DNA from: a virus
Length of the DNA: 64,000 nucleotides
Virus record (IMG/VR): IMGVR_UViG_3300040801_003693
Location: 1-64,000 of that record
Direction: 5' to 3' (one strand)
The stretch's first letter is position 1; each line of letters begins with the position of its first letter. The notes beneath the pieces were generated by a model that ran no database searches, was not told the DNA's origin, and worked only from the letters and a program-made list of their open reading frames with translations. The position numbers and the translations under genes were made by a program. Positions 58,201 through 64,000 of this stretch are shown piece by piece.

Positions 58201-61200
58201 ATTGATGTAGATTTATTAGCTAGCTCTACTGAATGCTTTAAGTCATCTCTTTGCTGTACTAATCTAGAAATTTTAGTATCGGTCTTTTCTAATTCAGCTT
58301 GCATTATAGCTAGCTTTTCTGGATCTGTAGTTTGGGGTAGTCTCTGTTCTATTTTAGATTTACTTATTTCGTAGCGAGCAATTAATTGATTTGTTTGCTC
58401 TACTCTCAACTCAGTAGTTTTCATGTTACTAATAATTGCAGATACCGAGTCCCCATCAAAGTCTCCTCCTTGAGATTGATAAGGTCCTATTGGATTAATC
58501 ATTCCTAATGTCTGGTTTCTTTTACCAGAGAATCTAATTGATACCCCCATCTCTTCTAAAGAATTATCTAAATCTTCTAAATTAAAAACATTGTATTGAG
58601 TAAGTTTATTAATCTCAAAGTTTCCTAAAGGAGGAGATCTCCACATTTGAGTCTGTGATAAGTTTAAATTAGTAAAAGTATGAGTAATTAATGATTCTAA
58701 TCTTTGATTAATAGTTTTTAAATCTATCGGAGTAGCACTAGGGTTTAAATCTGTTTCTAACTGTGATACTCTACTATTAAACTTTTCAATATGAGAATTC
58801 ATTTGACTCTTCTTAAAAAAGTCTCCGTAATCTGCTTCTAATCTTTCTACATAATCTGATACTATCTTCTTAGTACTAGCAATTTTTGATTGAATAGTAT
58901 TCGCATCAATGTTAACTCTGTCTTGATGCATTTGATTTAAAAGCTTTGTAGTACCTTTTCTTAACTCCCCTTCTAGAGAACTAACTCTAAGTTTGGGAAC
59001 AAATGTATTACTACTTCCTAATTGCAATCCTTCTATTACAGTAGGAGTTTGTCTAAAATATCTTTCTTGAGAAGTAATATTTTTTAAAGTCTTTTTACTT
59101 AATACTTCATCTTTATTATTTCTAAATATAAACTCCTTCCCTGGAGAATTCATACTATTAACAGCCATGCTTTGCAACAAATGCATTTCGGATACTGCTG
59201 TTAGTCTTACATAGTAATCACCCTCTGCACTGTTAGCATTCCTTTTTAAACCTTGATAGTATTCAATTCTTTGTTCAATATCAGAAGCAATTTTCATTAA
59301 ATCAGAATCGTTTTCCGCACTTTGTATTCTAGATACTAAATGTTTTGATTCACTGACTAAAGTATTTAAATCGTAAGTACCTACTGGAGAAATACCTTGG
59401 TGTAACATTTTATATTGAGATTCAATCAACTTTCTTTCTGTTGAAATCCTACCTTTACGTCTTATTAAATTCTTACGTTGAGCTTCCAACTCTGGACTAA
59501 TTGAATTACCTCTAGCTAATCTTTCAACAGTTGATTCAGGAGTTTCTCCCACTGTTTTATTTGGACTTATATCTTCTAATTGTTTTGCAATGTTGTTTAG
59601 ATTCTTATCTACTTTTTTAATTCTTTTATCTAGTACTGCGATCGCCTTTAATCTATCTTCCGCTGCGGCTCCTCCAAACTTATTGAACAAAGCTTCGGGA
59701 CCAATTAGTGCTTTTTCTGGAACAAACAAAGAGGCAGCGGCTGTAAAAGTACTACCATCTAATCCTACTCTGGCACCAAATTGAGTTTGGAATCTAGAAT
59801 TAATTAATTCTGATTGAACTTCAATTGGAAAGTTAAGTGCTGTTTCTTGAAATGTTTCAATCTTCTTAGCCATATCTGAAGCAATCTCAAACTCTCCCGT
59901 TTCACTATCACTTAAATAAATTTTGTCTAATACTTGGTCTACATCACTACGAGCAGCTAATCCTTCCCACAATACTAATTGAGACTTAACTGTTTCTGCT
60001 ACAAATTCTCCATATTGATCCCCTAACACTTTAAGGTCATCAGGAGCTAGCGTAAAACTAGTAATAGTTCTCTTCTTATCAAACTTTACTTTATTACCTT
60101 CTACTACTAAATGCGGAAAAGAAAACGCCATGCGACTAGCACCAGTTACCTGCATTCCTTTAATTACCGCCTGGGAGTGAGATATATCTCCTAACTTGTT
60201 TTCTAACAATTTATACTGGGTAGAAATGTCTTCTAATTCACCCATTGTAGTTGAGAGTCCGATACTAACTGTAGCTTGTATTTGTCCTAACGTTGCTCCA
60301 CTTTTAATCTGAGTTATTAAAGACTTTGCATATTCACTATCTCTTGCAGCTATTAAAGATTTGTTTTTAGTATCTCCTTCTAATATTGTCAGCAGCATTT
60401 CTTTTTCTGAAGAGGAATATCTAAACCCAGCAGCAGAAGTAATCTCTTTTAATGTAGAGAATAAAGAGTACTTTCCTTTATATACTTTAAAATCTTGAGC
60501 AGTAATTACACCACTATCATAAAATCCGATAAACTGACTTTTAAAATAAGAACTTCTAGCAGTACTGCTAATTAAATCTACTGCTTCTAAATTATTAGTT
60601 GCAGCAATAAATTGAGTTTGAGAACCACCATATATAGAGCCAAGTACACTAGACAATACATTTCTTAATGCAGGTACGTTTCCTTTACTTAATGCTCCCG
60701 CTTGCGTACTGTATTCCTCTCCTACTAAATGTTGTGCTTCTAAATAAGCTTTGTTTCTAGAAGACATTGATACTTTAGATTGAGAACCAGCAGTAGAAGA
60801 AAACATACCTACTACTCTAGAATAATTAGCAATTCTATTTAAAATAGAACGAGCTTCTTTTCTCTTCTCTTCATTATCTAAATTATTTATATCTTCCCCG
60901 GCGATAAAAGCTAATTTGTTTAAAGTTACATCATCATCTAAGTTAGCTGCTTCAACTGCAATCTGGTCGGCTCCCATTAACTGTAAGGTTAAATCTATTC
61001 CTCCAGCAAGCATTCCTAATTCTCTACCACGACCAGAACTATCTAAATTTAAATAGCCATTTTTGATTATGTCTCCAGTAGGGTCACTGAGTAAATTACT
61101 GACTTTAGATTTTAATCTAACATCTGCTCCTCTTACTCCCGCTAAAGTATCGGCAATATCCTGCATTGATATGTAACCTAAAGTGCGAATGTTAATGTCA

Positions 61201-61760
61201 CTTACATCCGACTTCATTGAATTTATTAGCTGCTCTGCTATATCTATATCTGTAGGGTTTGTGCTGTCCCCCATTTTAGTTGTTAATGTTTTTAACTTAT
61301 ACATATCTGATAAATAGTTACCTAAACCAGCACCTGCTGATAGTCGGGTTAATTCACTTAATGCAGCTTGCTTTCCAGTTTGGTCAAACATCTCCGTACC
61401 AAAACTAAGCATTAAAGATGCAGCTAAAGTTTTACTATCGTTGTTTAGCAAAGCATCTTTATATATTTGTCTACCCCCTTTTGTATAACTTAATATTTGA
61501 GCGCCATGCTCAAACATATAAGATTTAAAGTTAGAAGGGTTTGCTACTCCTTGAATTTGTTCTATACCAATACTGCTACCGAGGAAAGCACCTTTTGAAT
61601 TACGGTTCCATGATTGAGCTATATCTCTAATAAAAGTTCCGTAGGCATAAATAGGAACACCTTTAAATAAACCACCCGCTTGAGATTCATTTCTTCCCCC
61701 TGCATAATTTACTTTTGTTCTGTCATAATTAATTTCTACTAAAATTTCATTCGACTGCAT
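55200..61760 (-). CDS. giant virion-type two-barrel RNA polymerase, catalytic part plus tape-measure-like C-terminus
   Basis: GGLFKG; MWRSPP...QGGDFDGD; later ILGKTYN and RDSIKP; A/G/M-rich hydrophobic C-terminal region. Confidence 0.75.
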   Translation of the reverse strand: MQSNEILVEINYDRTKVNYAGGRNESQAGGLFKGVPIYAYGTFIRDIAQSWNRNSKGAFLGSSIGIEQIQGVANPSNFKSYMFEHGAQILSYTKGGRQIYKDALLNNDSKTLAASLMLSFGTEMFDQTGKQAALSELTRLSAGAGLGNYLSDMYKLKTLTTKMGDSTNPTDIDIAEQLINSMKSDVSDINIRTLGYISMQDIADTLAGVRGADVRLKSKVSNLLSDPTGDIIKNGYLNLDSSGRGRELGMLAGGIDLTLQLMGADQIAVEAANLDDDVTLNKLAFIAGEDINNLDNEEKRKEARSILNRIANYSRVVGMFSSTAGSQSKVSMSSRNKAYLEAQHLVGEEYSTQAGALSKGNVPALRNVLSSVLGSIYGGSQTQFIAATNNLEAVDLISSTARSSYFKSQFIGFYDSGVITAQDFKVYKGKYSLFSTLKEITSAAGFRYSSSEKEMLLTILEGDTKNKSLIAARDSEYAKSLITQIKSGATLGQIQATVSIGLSTTMGELEDISTQYKLLENKLGDISHSQAVIKGMQVTGASRMAFSFPHLVVEGNKVKFDKKRTITSFTLAPDDLKVLGDQYGEFVAETVKSQLVLWEGLAARSDVDQVLDKIYLSDSETGEFEIASDMAKKIETFQETALNFPIEVQSELINSRFQTQFGARVGLDGSTFTAAASLFVPEKALIGPEALFNKFGGAAAEDRLKAIAVLDKRIKKVDKNLNNIAKQLEDISPNKTVGETPESTVERLARGNSISPELEAQRKNLIRRKGRISTERKLIESQYKMLHQGISPVGTYDLNTLVSESKHLVSRIQSAENDSDLMKIASDIEQRIEYYQGLKRNANSAEGDYYVRLTAVSEMHLLQSMAVNSMNSPGKEFIFRNNKDEVLSKKTLKNITSQERYFRQTPTVIEGLQLGSSNTFVPKLRVSSLEGELRKGTTKLLNQMHQDRVNIDANTIQSKIASTKKIVSDYVERLEADYGDFFKKSQMNSHIEKFNSRVSQLETDLNPSATPIDLKTINQRLESLITHTFTNLNLSQTQMWRSPPLGNFEINKLTQYNVFNLEDLDNSLEEMGVSIRFSGKRNQTLGMINPIGPYQSQGGDFDGDSVSAIISNMKTTELRVEQTNQLIARYEISKSKIEQRLPQTTDPEKLAIMQAELEKTDTKISRLVQQRDDLKHSVELANKSTSMQEMRKASVKYVSNYLKVDEKILGGMDTGTLFTLIEQGRGLFGGMEDVINNIRPLHQAVTSIAQDKEALMNDEAFKTMLIGQDPQNTFAKSLLESTPEYREQIRTDLQQAVSSGEEGITDYVTRIFSTTSAGEQLSKYQSRGTAGTAVNTDQWEMMLKTLGQAGSVILGKTYNSMASLLYTESPFLALSFLLENDTDGKIGDMVKANMGEDAYTDMMKSAESGRARSMQMGGFLQIINQLMRDSIKPKDSVEFLNEINKDIESYRNADSDEDRERIIDLIVGKFGPGTGLKSLVQLDKLVNTVQTLKTEYTDEKNKNAQAEVLGRFEINISDSNVEKHYMKRLGFVDEQGEIATSIKTAVSSDYKPINEMNVNKMALVASYKTKQDLLNLATAFAFEKARGQELSYDAENKAWNSAESTGRTLQSMLMKNLNSPELVQEKSKLDYLVQGMEEVVRDKNYFDTLSIEQQEYYESFKSLVGKDVIEHYSKISTEDKLLHAHQYVQMKQSIETFAGEKGEKLVEFANYNQVRSKLSSGSKGESSTMDISQDPTSAAYVQLATAGKISPQSMAYFMNSMLATFKSKDNNHQLQPDELLLKLMEQGGLSNAPDKMQLMEFYKQLIQSAEGSSELIMSRLNSTQFGAMANSVMKIYEGTNNLNPSKTYTAEGMVKNLTAMGLSQEEAKNVVQRQIQTKVAAGVADPDIDVMEEVTRQIIQESQQGYSTRHNPRLNTKASKSAFGKLAGTRNADLAAELVFLPALIMAGQALASGEVNPEAFQQVMGNSISSAMHVKSYMLGTKGMSKGAGGVAQVASGTAFKARMAIANSDGDTGKAIAGLAAREMTMSAIGMFGTEYFSNVLMNKMTPFGQAKMSLDMDKYNNMRGIISTGVGAIASTILGMMVGQQIQNFIVDSPQPSILETTLQHAENYIREVRQTDEQNTVDDVAVYAEDGMTQYITYSTFSGDEEISSATQQALYVESLEDSVEESAIESDPAITGYSFEY

Positions 61761-61895
61761 ATTAGCACCGAGTATTCTAACATCTCTTAGTACTTCTTTT
61801 GCATCTTCAAAGTAAAATGATGCAGCATTACTAGTTGCAGTACCTGTAGTAAAAGAAGGTTTAGACTGAACCTTTTCTATTAAGTTACTTGCTAC

Positions 61896-64000
61896 TCAAA
61901 ACTGGTTACGAGAATCTACTACTCTATCTTTTATATAATCTCCCGCAGCTTCATTCCATTTATATACCCAAGTTTTATTATCACTGCTATCAAACTGTAT
62001 TATCTCTCCGGAGGAGGCAAGTATGTTTTTAATAGCACTCCAGCTATCTACTCCTAATGCTTGTTGTAAATCGTCAGTAGATACTGTTGCTCTAAGTTTA
62101 CTGCCCTGATAACCTTTAACTGCACGATCTACAAAACCCTGTCGCATTCCACTGGAACCTCCGAATTCAGGGTTTGCATAATAGTAATCACTGTAAGCAC
62201 CTTCTAACTGCATCAGCATTACAGAAGGACCATAGCGTTGAGAAGAACCTAAGAATCCTCTTACGGCAGAAGCATGAGTATCTATACTTAATAATGTAGC
62301 TCTAAGTAATTCTGCTCCTACACCGTCATAGGTATCTTCTTCTCTAATTCCAAATTCAGTTGCTACTTGTTTTCTGATTGCTTCTAATTCTAAGGATAAC
62401 TCCGCACTTAATACAGGTGCTATCCTATCTGCATATAATGCACCTAAAGAATATTTAGTAAAGTTGAAATTATTTCTATATCCATCTGCTAATCCACCTT
62501 GAATATCTTTAACGTATAATTGTCTTAATTGATCTACAGTTTTAACCGTAGTTGTCTGACCCACGTTAGAAAATCTATTTGTATAAACCCCACTAAAATT
62601 ATCAACAATATCTTGATAACTTTGAGATAAATCTCTTAAAGGTCTAGAACCAATTACGTTTTTAATTCTTTGTGGAATTTGAGATGCTTTCTTTTTTTGG
62701 TCAAAGTAGAATTGCATTACAATTCCATCTTCTCCAGATAAGCTTTCCAACTGTTCTCTATAATCATCTGTTGTTTGTCTAGCAAAGTCGTCTCCTAAAA
62801 AAGCAATAGTTTTAAAATAACTCTCTGCTTCTTCTACTCTTAATATTGCTCCTACGTGAGCATCCTCTATAATTTTTAAAGAGGTAACATCTCCTGTTTT
62901 CTCATGCTTGTGATAAGGAAGCATATTATTTAAACCAAACTTAATACCTTCAAAATAATTTGATGTTTCTCTACTACCACCTCCTTCTGCAACTGCCATA
63001 TAAAGCAATTCACCCGTACCCAAATCTGAAGTAGCTCCAAAAGAAGCGGGAGTATTCATTAATGCAAATTTATTTAACGCTCCTACTCCTTCATATCCCG
63101 CTGTATTAATTACGTTAACAGTATCGTATCTTCTATCGTTAACTCCATATGCAGGTCTTTTTCTTCTTGCTTGCATTTTAGAATAAGTATTTGCCTGCCC
63201 GTATAACAAGAACGATTCAAACTTCTCTGTAGATAAATTCTTAATCGTTTTATTTAAATCTCTATTATATAAATAATCTTTTTGAGCAGAAACAAAATCA
63301 AATCTTACGTCTGCAAATGTATCGTCATCTCTACTCAATAATGTATTTAATCTGCCAATAATAGAATCTTCTGCCGATAAGTTAGCACCACCTAATAATA
63401 ATGCTTTACGAATGTCTACGTTATCCGTAGAAGCATAAGCTTTTATCTTATTAGTAATCTCTAATAATTCTGATAATCTACTTGTGTCCCCCGGCTTGAC
63501 ATTAGTTAAATTACGAATAGTTTGAGAAACATCTCCACTATCTTGTTTGTACTTAGCTTCAAACTGTGCTAATCCTAACAGCACTCTTTCTTTATCTATA
63601 CTAAGTAAACTGTTAATGTCTCCTGTAGAATCAAATATTCTATTTAAGTAATTAACGCTACCTGTAATTAAATTGTCATAGCTTTCCGTATTGACAGTGC
63701 TGTATCGTGTTACAAATTCATTCTTAGGAAATCTTACCAAGTTTAAATTAGCAGATTCAGATGCAACAGAAGCGATTAAAGATAGCGTGCTTTCTATAGG
63801 AGATAATGTTTCTCTTTGTCCTCTTCTAATTAAAACTTTATTTCCATTACGTTCAAAACCAGTAGCTATATCGCTGTTGGACATATTTACAAATTCTGTT
63901 TCACTGATTAATTTAGATTTGTTTATCTCTAATACAAAACCTTCACCTGCTCCAGAACCTGAAGATAAAGTTGTAAATTTATATTTTAATTGACTACCTC
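61896..64000 (-). CDS. upstream part of the same giant protein (5'-truncated by the window)
   Basis: frame open from the window edge to TGA at 61896-61898, then open again for 45 codons into the 55200..61760 ORF. Confidence 0.7.
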   Translation of the reverse strand, partial: GSQLKYKFTTLSSGSGAGEGFVLEINKSKLISETEFVNMSNSDIATGFERNGNKVLIRRGQRETLSPIESTLSLIASVASESANLNLVRFPKNEFVTRYSTVNTESYDNLITGSVNYLNRIFDSTGDINSLLSIDKERVLLGLAQFEAKYKQDSGDVSQTIRNLTNVKPGDTSRLSELLEITNKIKAYASTDNVDIRKALLLGGANLSAEDSIIGRLNTLLSRDDDTFADVRFDFVSAQKDYLYNRDLNKTIKNLSTEKFESFLLYGQANTYSKMQARRKRPAYGVNDRRYDTVNVINTAGYEGVGALNKFALMNTPASFGATSDLGTGELLYMAVAEGGGSRETSNYFEGIKFGLNNMLPYHKHEKTGDVTSLKIIEDAHVGAILRVEEAESYFKTIAFLGDDFARQTTDDYREQLESLSGEDGIVMQFYFDQKKKASQIPQRIKNVIGSRPLRDLSQSYQDIVDNFSGVYTNRFSNVGQTTTVKTVDQLRQLYVKDIQGGLADGYRNNFNFTKYSLGALYADRIAPVLSAELSLELEAIRKQVATEFGIREEDTYDGVGAELLRATLLSIDTHASAVRGFLGSSQRYGPSVMLMQLEGAYSDYYYANPEFGGSSGMRQGFVDRAVKGYQGSKLRATVSTDDLQQALGVDSWSAIKNILASSGEIIQFDSSDNKTWVYKWNEAAGDYIKDRVVDSRNQF

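Noticed and set aside
1213-63993. Short opposite-strand or nested ORFs in the track (for example 1213, 3009, 4475, 12052, 14947, 15361, 28282, 33542, 39009, 41947, 54611, 57048, 63691)
   Set aside because: They are shadows of well-supported genes, with no motifs and with antisense-typical composition
55200-64000. Genome-wide TGA recoding
   Set aside because: Other long genes are uninterrupted, Trp is encoded by TGG, and several genes end plausibly at TGA; only one internal TGA was seen
1-64000. tRNA/rRNA genes, introns, inteins, transposases, reverse transcriptase
   Set aside because: No cloverleaf, intein-end, DDE or YxDD signatures recognised by eye; the RNR and RecA genes appear uninterrupted

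Overview
AT-rich (about 30% GC by eye) 64-kb segment of a large tailed cyanobacterial virus. The host assignment rests on nblA, 8 HIP1 (GCGATCGC) sites and STRR-like heptamer palindromes. A PAAR spike and a tail-collar fibre point to a contractile tail. The left part (0-25 kb, mostly minus strand) holds recombination and metabolic genes: a MoxR ATPase/VWA-peptidase pair, RecA, a PD-(D/E)XK nuclease, ThyX, NblA, PhoH, a class II RNR with an adjacent PduO-type cobalamin adenosyltransferase, SLOG and macrodomain proteins, DUF932 and an rIIA-like GHKL ATPase. The centre (about 33-52.5 kb) is the unusual part. It has a structured non-coding block with two repeat families and a compact 694-aa two-barrel RNA-polymerase-like gene (WRNP...NGDDDGD) among acidic-tailed and SSB-like partners. 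It also has an array of more than 20 single-gene cassettes, each preceded by the same terminator-plus-second-hairpin leader and drawn mostly from four interleaved paralog families. At the right end is a giant gene (over 2,900 codons, open to the window edge, one in-frame TGA) with a second RNAP active site (WRSP...GGDFDGD) and a tape-measure-like C-terminus. Best candidate system: a two-RNA-polymerase (virion plus non-virion) transcription programme acting on a hairpin-punctuated early cassette array. All calls are by eye from motifs; no database searches were run.
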